Shown here in pieces: positions 1 to 13,400 of a DNA stretch of 64,000 nt. The DNA is taken from the NCBI RefSeq assembly GCF_009914755.1, contig NC_060930.1; one strand, 5' to 3'. The notes below the pieces were generated by a model. The model did not search any database, was not told the DNA's origin, and saw nothing but the letters and a program-made list of their open reading frames with translations. The translations under genes and the position numbers were made by a program. Source of the stretch: the human T2T-CHM13v2.0 reference genome, Homo sapiens. Each line of letters begins with the position of its first letter. Position 1 is the stretch's first letter.

Positions 1-344
1 GTTTTTGTAAGGCAAACTCCTAATTATCCTTGCACAAGTCTGCTGCGAAATTCTCAACAGAACTTTAAGCTTTTGCCTTTTTCATCCACTAGACTCTTTC
101 TTCATGGCTGCTGGTCACCTACTCATCTTGCCATCCACCTACCCAACCCTGTGTCTCCTCTCCCAGACACTTTTCTGCTTCTTCAGGCCAAAATCCATAG
201 TCATACTGGCTTTTTTTTTTCTTTATTTCACATCCCATTTCTAATCAGTTTGCAAGAAAAACTAAAATTGTGAAGGCAACCCATCTACCTTGGCTGGTCT
301 CTCTCCTCCCAATACCCACCCCCACCGACCCCTCCAACCTCTGG

Positions 345-613
345 TCCATGTTCGTATGTCACCTTCTCACTGAGCCCTGTCCTAACTACTGTATTCAAAA
401 TTCCAACTCCTGTCCTCCCTAACTACTCCCCTCCTCCTAGATTTATTTTCTCTTAAGTTGCTGATCACTAACTTAGGTATTCCTGCTTACTGTCTGTCAT
501 CCCTAATTGGGATATAGGCTCTGTGAAAGCTCAGAGTTTTGCCTGTTTTGTATCCCTAGTACCCGCAACAGTGCACACAGTAGATGCTCAATGCAAATCT
601 GTTAAATGAATGA
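345..613 (+). mobile_element. L2 3' end fragment
   Basis: Ends in gtagatgctcaat...gttaaatgaatgaa, the typical L2 3' terminus. Confidence 0.75.
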
Positions 614-617
614 ACAG

Positions 618-910
618 CTTCTTCTGGTCATTCAGGTCTCAACACAAAGTTCTTCTCCTTAGGGAAGCCTTCCTTGGCCATCCCATCTAACGTTGCACTT
701 CCCTAAATTACTGTCTATCACATCACTCTGCTTTACTTTGCTTCTAGGACTTACAATAATTTAAACTGTCTTGTTTTCTTATTTGCCCTCCACAATACTT
801 GTAGGCCCATAAGAACTCCAACTTACTCTGTCTTATCCATTGCTATAACCCTAGCACTTAAAACGGCTTAACACAGAGCAGGTACTCAGTAAATACTTCT
901 TCAATGAATG
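618..910 (+). mobile_element. Second L2 3' end fragment
   Basis: agggaagccttcct...caggtactcagtaaatac...aatgaatg. Confidence 0.7.
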
Positions 911-1148
911 GAGAACCTTCATGACAAAACCAATCAAAATCCATTATTTATTTTCCCCAACTTTCCTGATCTTGAAAATTCTAATCCACAGAAAAGATGG
1001 AAGAATCATATATCCACCTACTTTTAGTCTGGATTCAGCTGGGGGTGAATCTGGAATGTCGGGAGGAACTAGACTGCGTTAAATCATTACATTTGCTAAA
1101 TTTGTGTGCTCTCTTCTCTCAATGTATATCTATACAGTCCTGTTCACG

Positions 1149-1192
1149 TAAGCGTGCACGCGCATGCACACACACACACACACATGCATATG
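1149..1192. repeat. (CA)n / alternating purine-pyrimidine tract
   Basis: gcgtgcacgcgcatgcacacacacacacacacatgcatatg. Confidence 0.85.
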
Positions 1193-1194
1193 TT

Positions 1195-1560
1195 TTCCCA
1201 GAACCATTTGGAAGTAAATTGCAGACACCATGACATTTAACCACTAAATACTTCTGCATATATCTCCTGAGAACGAGAACATTCTACATAACCAAAATAC
1301 CATTTTTCCACCTAAAAAAAGTAATGTTGATACAATATTATAAATTAATATATAGTCTACATTCAGATTCTCCAAAGTGCTCCAAGGATGTCCTTTATAG
1401 ATTTTTTTTTTTTCAATCTGGGAGCCAATCAAGGATCACTCATTACATTTGGTCTCATTAGTCTCTTTTAATCTAGGGCAATCCCCCCATCATTTTGTCT
1501 TTCATGACAGTGATATTTTTGAAAAGTTCAGGCCAGTTGTCTTAAAGAATGTTCCACAGA
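1195..1560 (-). mobile_element. Old L1M (L1MC-like) 3' fragment
   Basis: gaaccatttggaagtaaattgcagaca...ggccagttgtc..agaatgttccac resembles an L1MC4/5 3' end in antisense. Confidence 0.6.
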
Positions 1561-2035
1561 GGATGTCTAGTCATAGCATTATGTTTAAAAGTTAATCTAA
1601 TCTATTTGTTCTTTAGTTTATTATTTTAATATACGGTGAGTTCATTTTTGTTTGTTTTAAATTTTTAAGTCTGCTGATTTTCATCTTTGTTGATTAGATT
1701 TTAATTTCTTGACTACTTAAAACATTTAATTGGTTCAAAAGTCAATACTGAACAAAAAGATACAGAGTCTCACTCCTATCCCAAACCTTTCACTCTGTTG
1801 CCACCTACTTTCTATAGGTAATCTTTTCCACTAGTTTCCTGTTTATCCTTTCTGTTTCTTTTTACAAAGTATGCAAATGTATGCATGAGTATATATTTAT
1901 AAATCACACATATATATTTATGTGTTACAATTATGTATTATTTTCCCTTCTTTGCACAAAAGGAAGCATACCATATATAGTGTACATATCCCTCTGCAAC
2001 TTGTTTTTCTGCTTAAAAATATATCTCAGAAATTA

Positions 2036-2413
<378 letters not shown>

Positions 2414-2536
2414 TTATGGCTACACAGTACATGATTGATTGTGTGGCTGTATGTGGATAACTTTGTGCACATGTTGTTTTGTATCTGCACGAATCTACTA
2501 TTTTTTCATAGGTTGCTATAGAGTTTTTTAGTAGGT

Positions 2537-2910
2537 TGTTATAAAGTTTACTCTTTAACACATATTGAAGCCCTAATCCCCAGTATGATTCTATTTGGAG
2601 GCAGGGCCTTTACAAAGGTAATTAAGGTTAAATGAGGTCACAAGGGTGGGGCCCTAATTGGATAGAAGTGATGTCCTTATAAGAAGGAGAGACACCAGAG
2701 CACTGTCCACACACGCACAGAGGAAAGGCTATGTGAGGACACAAGGAGGCGGCTGTCTGTAAGCCCAAAGAGAGGCCTCTAACAGAAACCAACCCTGGTG
2801 GCACCTTGATCTTGGACTTCTGGCCTCTAGAACTAAGAGAAAATGAATTTCTGTTGTTTAAGCCACCCAGCCTGTGGTATTTTGCTATGGCAGCCTGAGT
2901 GAACTAATAA
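2537..2910 (+). mobile_element. MaLR solo LTR (MLT1A-like)
   Basis: gccctaatccccagtatga...ggttaaatgaggtca...ttgatcttggacttc...gtggtattttgctatggcagcc. Confidence 0.85.
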
Positions 2911-3020
2911 TATACATGTATTAGAAGAGCTAAATGCTGTAGATTCACATGAAAACAAGCTAAGGATTGAGTTAAGAGAAAATCACTTAACTTAATAAAA
3001 CTTAAAAACTTGTCTCCCAA

Positions 3021-3098
3021 GATATCACTTGAGAGGCATACCCCTTAAAAGGTAATTTAGGGAGCAACTCTATATGTATCCTCAGTCTGATAAACTGT
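3021..3098 (+). repeat. Dispersed direct duplication, copy 1 (78 bp)
   Basis: Matches 5506-5584 with one substitution and one 1-bp indel. Confidence 0.95.
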
Positions 3099-4699
3099 GA
3101 TTTAAAAAAAGTGATAAAAAAGTGAAAAAAAGATAAAAGATATTTCTGGAGGCTCCTGAGAAGGAAGCAAGGAAAACCCTGGCAATCCATGGACCACCGA
3201 GTAGTTTGCGTGAAGTCATTTTAAACATTAGCGTGAGCCTTACAGGTGCAGATCCATTATAGCATCACCTTCTATTCTGACTCACTCTTCTGAAGTCTCA
3301 GTCACACACCAATTAAGTTGTCTTCTTCTACATCTTAGGCATGATGAAGGGAAACCACCTCATTACCACAGGGTCCACAGTAAATGGTTCCCAGACTCCA
3401 ATTCAAGTGACATGTGGATAGGGAGGAAGGTGGCATGAACTCCAAGGACACCAGGGCCCAGGACTTCCAGGATCTAGGGTGACTTTATGTTTTTTTTTTT
3501 TTGAATTTTTTTTCTATATTTCATACTTGAATAAACTGGCTCAGAAGGTAAATGTCTTCTTTTTTATAAAACCCAGTTGAGGATGGAAATGGCCTCTTTT
3601 ACTATTAGTTTTTAAAATGTCATCATTCATCTGATTAATATGAAAACATGCCCTTATTACTGAACATTGTGATATATCCTTGAAGAAGCAGCTACTTGGA
3701 GATATTCCATACTCAACCAGAGCCTAAAGTGTACATTATGCTTATTGAGTGACTTACCAAAGCACACGCTTACAGACATTTATATTTGTTTGAAAATAAC
3801 CACGAAAGCAGTCTTGTTTTCTTCAACTTCAGTACTTCAGTATGTGTATACCAAGGGAATGGGAAAGGAGAGACACCTTTCCTCACACTCCCTGCTTCCT
3901 TCACAGTCATACAAGATTTGATCAGAAGGTAAGAATTTCCTTGTCTGTCAGATACAGTGTCTGACATAGAGTCAGACAGTTGGAAAAACATACGAGTTAT
4001 TTCCACTGAAAATGACACTAGTCATTTCCAGAGATGTAACTCCAGAAAACATACAGGAATGCAAAGGCATCTGTAGGTTTCAATGGTCGGGGCAAATTTA
4101 AATATGGGAAAAGGTCTTCTAACTTTAAATTAGAAGGAAATGGAAGAAATCTAATTGAGTTCCTTTGTTGCTTTTTGGATTTTCATTTAACCAATGAGAC
4201 TGTGAGTGAAAGCCCATTCAGCCAAAGTTTAGGACTTTGGTTCTTAGAAGAATGAAGAGCCCCGAGTTGGACGGAAGGGACCAGGAAGCATTGGTCCCCT
4301 TAGGTCCCACTGGTGGCTTTAGAGAGAAATCCCATGGGGCATGCAGAACCTTTGAAATCACAAGCAAAGCCATACTACAGAGTTTCATTGTTCCAGTACT
4401 ATGCCCCATCCTTTTCCTGATCTTCCTTCCCTTTCATCCACCTACCCATTCAAATAACCCTTTCTTCATTATAGAAATGTAATAATGTACACTGTAAGAA
4501 ATTAGAAAATGCACACAAAGAAAAAGAACTCCATTACATTTCTACCATTCACAGGTCACCCTGTTGATATTTTTACTTTGCACACGTTCTCATGGCTCTT
4601 CGTATGTACACACCACTTGCACTCACATTTGTATTTTTAACCACAGTGAGATCATACTGGGCATATCGTTCCTCCAACCACTTTTTCTGATCATCACCT

Positions 4700-5240
4700 T
4701 TCATCAACTACTTGGGTCATATTTGAGTTTCTCCAATTTCCCCCACTCCAGAGTCCTTTATAACTGGTTTGTGTAAACCAGTAACCACTCCAGGACCATG
4801 AACTACATCTGGTTTTTAAAGCTCTTAAATCTTGTTTAACTTAGCGCAGTCCATTTTTATGTCACTGACTTATTGAAGAAATCAGGCCTGCAAGAAGTTG
4901 TCCTGTAGAATTACCCTCACCCTCCCACCCCACCACCATCCCCCGACCCCAGATTTGTCCCTTTGCTTCCTCATGGTGTTGGTAAGCTTGTTCCTCTAAT
5001 CCTTTATTTTCCTCTCACTGGAAGTTATATCTCAAAGCTTTATAAGGTCAAATCATACCGACTACGCCAGTGGGGATGTGTGACAAAGAGACATCATGGC
5101 TGTCAGCGAAGGGTATTGTATTTCATGAATATTTGGATCAGAAGATACCTAACACCTGGCTGACACTCCAGGCTCAGATTGACCCCTGCCCGGGTTACTG
5201 TGAAGACAGTCTGATCCTTTAATGCACAGTTCTGACTTAT
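4700..5240 (-). mobile_element. Degenerate old L1M fragment
   Basis: ttctccaatt...tcctttataactgg...ttgaagaaatcaggcc...gttgtcctgtagaat is similar to the 1195-1560 element type. Confidence 0.5.
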
Positions 5241-5505
5241 CGCTTGTGACAAGAAAAGAGTGTGTGTGATGTTACTTTGTTTCCGCATGTGTTGTTTTGG
5301 TATAATAATAGTGTCCATCAAACATTCACCTTAATGGCTTTGACCCCGAGTGATCACCTGTACCTGAATTTGTTCATGGCATTTAAAACAATACGTGGCA
5401 CTAGATTACAAACAGCTTTGAGAACAAGTGCTTTGTCCTTTAGAAATTTAGCATCCCCTTGCAGGATCTTGCACTCACCTATGCTAAGTAAGAGTTGATG
5501 CTCGC

Positions 5506-5584
5506 GATATCACTTGGGAGGCATACCCCTTAAAAGGTAATTTAGGGAGCAACTCTATATGTATTCCTCAGTCTGATAAACTGT
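5506..5584 (+). repeat. Dispersed direct duplication, copy 2 (79 bp)
   Basis: gatatcacttgggaggcataccccttaaaaggtaatttagggagcaactctatatgtattcctcagtctgataaactgt. Confidence 0.95.
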
Positions 5585-6029
5585 TGGGGCTTAAATATGT
5601 TCCAAATAAATGAAGATAAACTTAACACCAGCAATTCGGAGTAAACCTTGTTCTTAGTGGAGGAACCAGCCATGGAGCCTAAATGTTGGAGCTCAATCTC
5701 AGCCCCTGCCCCTTTTTTTTCCTGTTTCTCAAAGGGGTCAGCGATTTCTAGTGTTTCCAGTCATTGCCTATGCTGGTGTTCCTCCTATCTGTCTATACCT
5801 TTGGCTCTGTGATCTCAGTGCCTTAGGCACATGTAAAGCACTACGGATACGTATCAAGGCCATCTTGATGGCCTCTTTCACCATCCATGTGCTCCCTACC
5901 CAATTTCTTGGTATCTCTGAAAGGCCCCCTCATTCTCCCAGTTCTTTACCCAGGTGTAGACCTTCCTCACCTATGCTAGGCTCAGGCTGTGTCTCCTGAC
6001 TGTGCTCTCTGTCTGTGGTGGGTTGTTGT

Positions 6030-6560
6030 TGCCATCTAACATGCATTCCATTGCTAGACAGATATTCCTTAAACTGTTTTTTATTATGTCACTTCTTGGT
6101 TCACAATGTTTCATGAATTCCTATTGCTTACCTGGTCAAGTCTAAATTCTTTTGTCTAAATTTTATTCTTCCATAGTAAGGCCCCATGTAGTGAGACCAT
6201 ATTTTGACTTATTTCCCCAAATCTCTCATTTGTGCTGATAAAAGATGCCTCCTCAAAGTCCTGCAAGTGCCTCTTTTTGGGTCTTTGCCACACCAGTGTC
6301 CTCTCCTGAAGGGTCTCTCCCCACTTGCTCCCTAGTGAAGTCCTGTCCATCCTGTGGGTGTTGATTTTAGGTGAGATAAACTTCATGAAAGAGATGGAAG
6401 AAAAATCCTGTCCTTCCCTCCACCTGAACCTCTGCAGCACAAACAACTGCCAGTACCCTGCCATCTACAATGAATACTCTTGAATCACTCACCTTTGATT
6501 TCTATGTTTTTCTTTTGATTCTTCAACTGTATTGTGGGTTCTTTGAAGGAGGTAATCTTG
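6030..6560 (+). mobile_element. Degenerate L2 fragment
   Basis: cctattgcttacctggtcaagtctaaattc...taaggcccc is L2-like. Confidence 0.45.
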
Positions 6561-6677
6561 CTTTACATTTCTAAGTTAATCCCCCAAAGAAATGACCTCT
6601 GGGGTCTTGTGGTCCATTCCTCTGCTTCTATGAAGTGTTGTACTTAAGGATTTTGTCTTATTAAGCATCTGGTTTAA

Positions 6678-6722
6678 GCACATGCACACGGGCACACACA
6701 CACACACACACACACATGCATG
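6678..6722. repeat. (CA)n microsatellite
   Basis: Direct reading. Confidence 0.9.
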
Positions 6723-8994
6723 CTCCTCTGAACGTAATTCTGTATTTTTTGGTGCCTCTCTCCCATGTCTAGCATCTTATACTGTTACAAAATCCTCCTT
6801 TAATATAGCTGAAATCCCTCCTGTATAGTTGGGATGCTATTTCTTCTTGTCAGTGAATGAGACATCTGGTCAACATCTACTAAAGCAGCCTTAAATAGGA
6901 GGAATGGAAAGACTTTGTTAAACAGAACTTTGAAAGGTTACTGCACTTCTCTACATGAACACCTTGTAAATTGAATGCATTTAACTCATCCAAAAGAATC
7001 TCCAGTTACGAAAACTGTGCTTCAATTATCTTCCCTTAGTAACTTCAGTTATCTTCCCTGATTTCCCAAACTATGAAGTTCTTACCCTGAATCTGGGTGT
7101 TCCACATTTTTAATCTTTCCACCTTCCTATTTGTAGGGTACAATTCAATTCCTGTGCTACTACAGATCCACTTGGCAGATATAAGAAACACAAAGAATAC
7201 TCCCACATAGACTAAGGCATTCAGTGGGAAACAAACAGTGCACACATTAGAACGCCTCTCATGGTAGTAGAGTGTTCATCTTTATAGAGCAAGACGCTTG
7301 AGGGTCCTGTCTGTTAACAGCCATTCTCCTGGCCTTTTTAGTAACTTCCTGTTTTCCTTACACTTCTCTTTTCTTAACTATCATACAAAACAAGAAAAAC
7401 AGATAAGCAGGGAGGCATCAGAAGGGTTTCTCTGGATAGATCTTCAAAGTGACCCATATAAACCTTCCATTTGACTGGTGCCACTCAACCTGGCTTGATA
7501 AACCCAAGGGTGTGGCCACTGCTCATAGACTGCCCTGCCCTACCCAGTTCTGGTTGTTAATGCCACCTCCAGGAATGATGTCATCTATGTAACACTTTTG
7601 GGAAGAATAAGCTGTCATTTGGTTTTGCATATAAAGAATACAAAAATTAAAGAAATCAATAGAAAATGATGGCTTAAAAATAATCAGGAAAAAATGAGTA
7701 ACAATGACATTTAATAGCTGTCCTTTATAAAACAGAAGATAAAATGAAATAGGTATTTCTTCAACAAGCTGGAGGCCTGTAATTGTGACCTTCTGTATCC
7801 TTCCTTTGGTTTTCTTCTAAGCCCAGGAATCTTTCATTGGCTAAATCCCAGCATTTTTTTTTTCCTCCCTTGGCCAACTTTTGGCCTTGCTTGGGAACAG
7901 CTGCCAGTATTTCTCTTTGCTGCCAGTCAGTCAAAAATGTGCTCACGTTGGAGGCCTGGCTCCATCCCACCCAGGGTGTGGAATGCATTAACTTTTTCAC
8001 AAACAGCCTTCGCCAGGCTGCACACGAAAGTCCATCTCAGCAAAGCTCACCGCATTACTAGCTGGCTTGGAGGTGATGCCAATGTCAGTTACAGAGACTG
8101 TCAACATATTTTAGGAGTCTATGGCAAAGTGATGAATTTTACTATGTGTACCAAATTAATGGCAAAAAAGAACACTTCCGAGATCCTAGGAAACCAAAAG
8201 TGTTATTATTTAATTGCTTCTCCACTCCTCAAAGCAAAACAAGCCAATTCTTTTCTAGCCTGCAATTTGGTTCAGAACCCAAACAAACAAGAAAATAAAA
8301 GTATTAACTGATTAGTGCCCACAATTTTATTCTATTTTCTTTGTGCTTTTAAGGACAGCTTTCTTTCTTTTTTCCCTTTTTTTTTTTAACTGACCACCAT
8401 GCATCACTCCAATGCCTGGGTATGATCCATTTTATTAAAAAATTCCTGAATCAATTTCCTGGCTTACAGCTTATCCAACCAAGATTCCAGGTGTTCTCAC
8501 CATAAGAAGGGCCTCTTTCAAAAGCTGTCTGCTTTTATAACTGCACACCCACCAGAAATGTCATGAACACCCCAACAATGGAGTTGAAACCTGAAGACAT
8601 TGGGTGACATTCCAAATTTTTGAATGGAATGCGAATCCATTAAGATTATTAGGTAACTTTATTGATATCCTCAGATTTGTGCCAAATGTTAAAGCTGCCA
8701 AAGAAAAGACAGAACAAAAACTGACTCTTGGATTCTAACTCTGAGTATTTTGGTGTGGAAACTGTGTTTTCTTGTAACTCACTTAAAAAACACACCGTGC
8801 TTTCACTGTTTAACTGCAATCTCAGTTTTCAGGAAGCAAGAGAAATGAGATACATAATCAATGTTTGCCTTCTATTCAGCTTTCAACCTAAATGATCCTG
8901 CACTTGTATTGGCAAATGAGGACAGGTATTAACAGCGAACAGGAAACCTATTCTAAGAAGGACTGGCTCAAGTGAAGCACCACTGCATCGTGAG

Positions 8995-9112
8995 TGACTC
9001 AACCATCTACTCAAAGAGTGATTACTCTGCAAGGATGAAGCCATGCTAATTGGACAATGGCTTGCTGCCAGTTCGTGCTGGCGTGACCTACAATACCCTT
9101 GGCTGACAGCCA
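8995..9112. promoter_or_regulatory. Candidate enhancer: AP-1, homeodomain, 2x SOX and 2x NFI motifs
   Basis: TGACTCA 8995-9001; TAATTG ~9047; ACAAT 9054 and 9090; TGGC-N5-GCCA 9058-9070 and 9100-9112. Confidence 0.4.
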
Positions 9113-10904
9113 TGATGTCTCTTTGTCACACCTTTTTTTTTTTTTTTCCAAGGGTGTAGGGTGTAATCTGGATGGGAAGTAGAAATAATTTTGAAAAACT
9201 CTCACAAGTGCTATTTAAATTCTTATCATAAATTAAAAAGTTTAATTAAGTACCTTGGTAAAGGCCCGGGTTCTATGATTAACTACGACAAAATAATAGT
9301 TATGATGACTGATCAAGTGAGGAACTTTATAGCTCTGAACTTTGTCTTTAAAGCTATTATTAATTTTAATTGAAATAGCTAAGAGACTCCATAATGGGAG
9401 AAAGAAAGAAACATGAAGGATATTTTGTTCATATACAGAGGAGTTTAAAAATGAATAGATACGCCGGTAACTATTTTAAAAAAATTGATGCAAACAAGTT
9501 TACTTTCAGAGGCCTTGTCATAAATCTATTTCAAAATGTTGATTATTGTGGTCATCCTACATCAGATAGGGATAAATAGACATAGTGAAAAGAAATCTTA
9601 AAAACGGCTTTGAAATCAGGTCACTTAAAATGATTTTTAGATATGTCTTAGGTTTTTGTCTACTCAACTCCTACTACTATGCCAAAAGAGGAACACATTT
9701 CTGCATAAGTTTCTTTAAATAGGCTTACTGGCCTCAGGATTTAAAAAATGTAAGAGGTTTGGAAACAGCTTATGTGTCTCAGTTTTAAAATTAGCTATTG
9801 CTGTGGCTATTTTCACACTAGATTTCCCTCCCTCTGTATCAGCACCACAGCCTCCAGGGCTGGAGTCACAATAGTATTAGCTCCCCTTTCTGTGGCGCTG
9901 CCTTACCGCAACTCCATCCGAGACTGAGGACCACATTTCAGGGCTAGCAGTCACCTCTGCGTTACTATAAATAAGTTCTGCCTTTAGGCATTTCAAAATT
10001 ATCAGTATGATTCTAGGACTTGAAAACTTCTCATTTGCCAGCAAGTAGTTACCTGAAATATTTTGACTTCTTATTTATTTGCTTTTTTTTCATCTGCTGC
10101 CAAGTCTTACTAACGCAACTTGGAAAATTGCACCACAGCTTTTAATGAGGATTCTGAGGTAACAGCCATTTCATCAGAGAAGACTGTTCTTTCCTTTTAG
10201 GGGAATAATAACACCTACTGTTTCTATAGCACCATCCTTCCAAGAAGTTTAACACATCACATTTCATTTATCTGAACAGCGGCCCTGCAAGTCAAACTGG
10301 TAACTAGCATTGTTACTCCTTGTACACTCATATTGAAATTGAGGTCATTAAATGTGAACTAATTTTCTCAAAATCTTAACACCTTCTGACATGGTTAAAG
10401 AGCCATGATCCGCCTATGTTCTAGGTGATCAGATAGCCCAGAAGTCTCTTTCCGCTCTTTAGCTGTCATCTCCTGTGAATGCCTGTAAGGAAGGCCCTTT
10501 CTGAAAAGTCAGGGAAAAGTCATAAAAGTGGGAGAACTGAGCTTGTGCCTCTTCTGGAGTCCTGTGGTTCTCTCCCTTCCTGGCCAGTTTGCCTCCCATC
10601 TTTATGGCTTTTCCCTACCTCTCAATCCAAACATCCCTCCACTCTTCCTGACCAACAGGATTTTTTCTCTCTTCCTCCAACAGGAAGCTAGCCAAGTTCA
10701 AGGACTGTAAACCTGTGTGACATAGGCTAGGATCTCAGAGATCATCCAGCCCCAATCCATCATTTTCAGATTAGGATGTGACTTATTGAGTCTGGCCATT
10801 TGGTTAGTAGATCCCATCCTCTGTTGCATACTGAAGGCAATTGAACTTCTGTCTCCTGTATCATCAAGTTTTCTCTCTCTTTTGGAACTTTCCCTTCAGC
10901 CCAG

Positions 10905-11532
10905 GTATTAGGACAGGTTAGGCTTTGCTGTGCTAACAGATAAAACACCACATCTTGAGAGATTGTTTGGAGCTTCTAGCAGGCAGCACAGCTATGTATA
11001 TACTTGTGAATGAAGAACGGTCCTCCTCTATCAGGGAAGGTCGTCCTCTTCAACCAAGCCTGCAGCTTCAGGAGGGACACACGTGGAGCAGTGAGGGAGG
11101 GAAACGACACCCACTGAGCCAGCCAGATCAGCCCAATCAACCTGGCGATGTTGGGGTGACAGATGTTGCAGCCAGATTGCCTTCACATCCAGAAACACCA
11201 AATCTTGAGTGCTTAATTAACTTAAAAGTTTATTTCTCATCATGTCAGAGTCTGATTTGAGTCAGATGGATTTTGCTGGCTCTCTTCCAACAGTGACTCA
11301 GGGACCTAGGCTACAGCTTCATCACTCTAGAGTCCTTTGACACCAGCTAAGTGGATGGGACAAAGCATAAAGAGCTTATACCTACTTTTGACTGCCTTGG
11401 AGCAGAGTCCTCACCTCACATTTCATCAGCTAGATCTAGTCATATGGCCTACCTGATTACAAATTTAGTCTTCCTGTGTGTCTAGGAAAGAGGAAAACTG
11501 GGTGTGGGTGAGCAATGGTAATCTTCACCACA
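10905..11532 (-). mobile_element. MaLR LTR (MLT1J/K-like) split by the 7SK retrocopy
   Basis: ttaggctttgctgtgctaaca...aaatcttgagtgcttaa...aaagtttatttctc...gtgactcagggacctaggct. Confidence 0.7.
10954..11190 (-). pseudogene. RN7SKP110: 7SK snRNA processed pseudogene, 3'-truncated (about nt 1-240), no poly(A) tail
   Basis: Reverse complement GGATGTGAAGGCAATCTGGCTGCAACATCTGTCACCCC...GAAGAGGACGACC..GATAGAGGAGGACCG...CTCCAAACAATCTCTCAAG aligns to 7SK from nt 1. The 7SK identity is secure; the pseudogene number is recalled from memory and unverified. Confidence 0.92.
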
Positions 11533-11589
11533 GAGTACAAACATGTTGGGATTTCTTCCTACTTAAAATAAAAAACCAAATGAAACCTC

Positions 11590-13310
<1,721 letters not shown>

Positions 13311-13400
13311 GTGAGGAAACAGAAGCCCAGAGAGGAAGACTAGTTTGCTGAAGACCTCACATGCAGTGATACCAAGGTGCAGAGTGTGGTTTTCCCAGCC
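13311..13400 (-). mobile_element. MIR fragment
   Basis: tgaggaaacagaagcccagagagg core. Confidence 0.55.

Noticed and set aside
10955-11260. 101-aa plus-strand ORF
   Set aside because: It is an antisense reading of the 7SK pseudogene.
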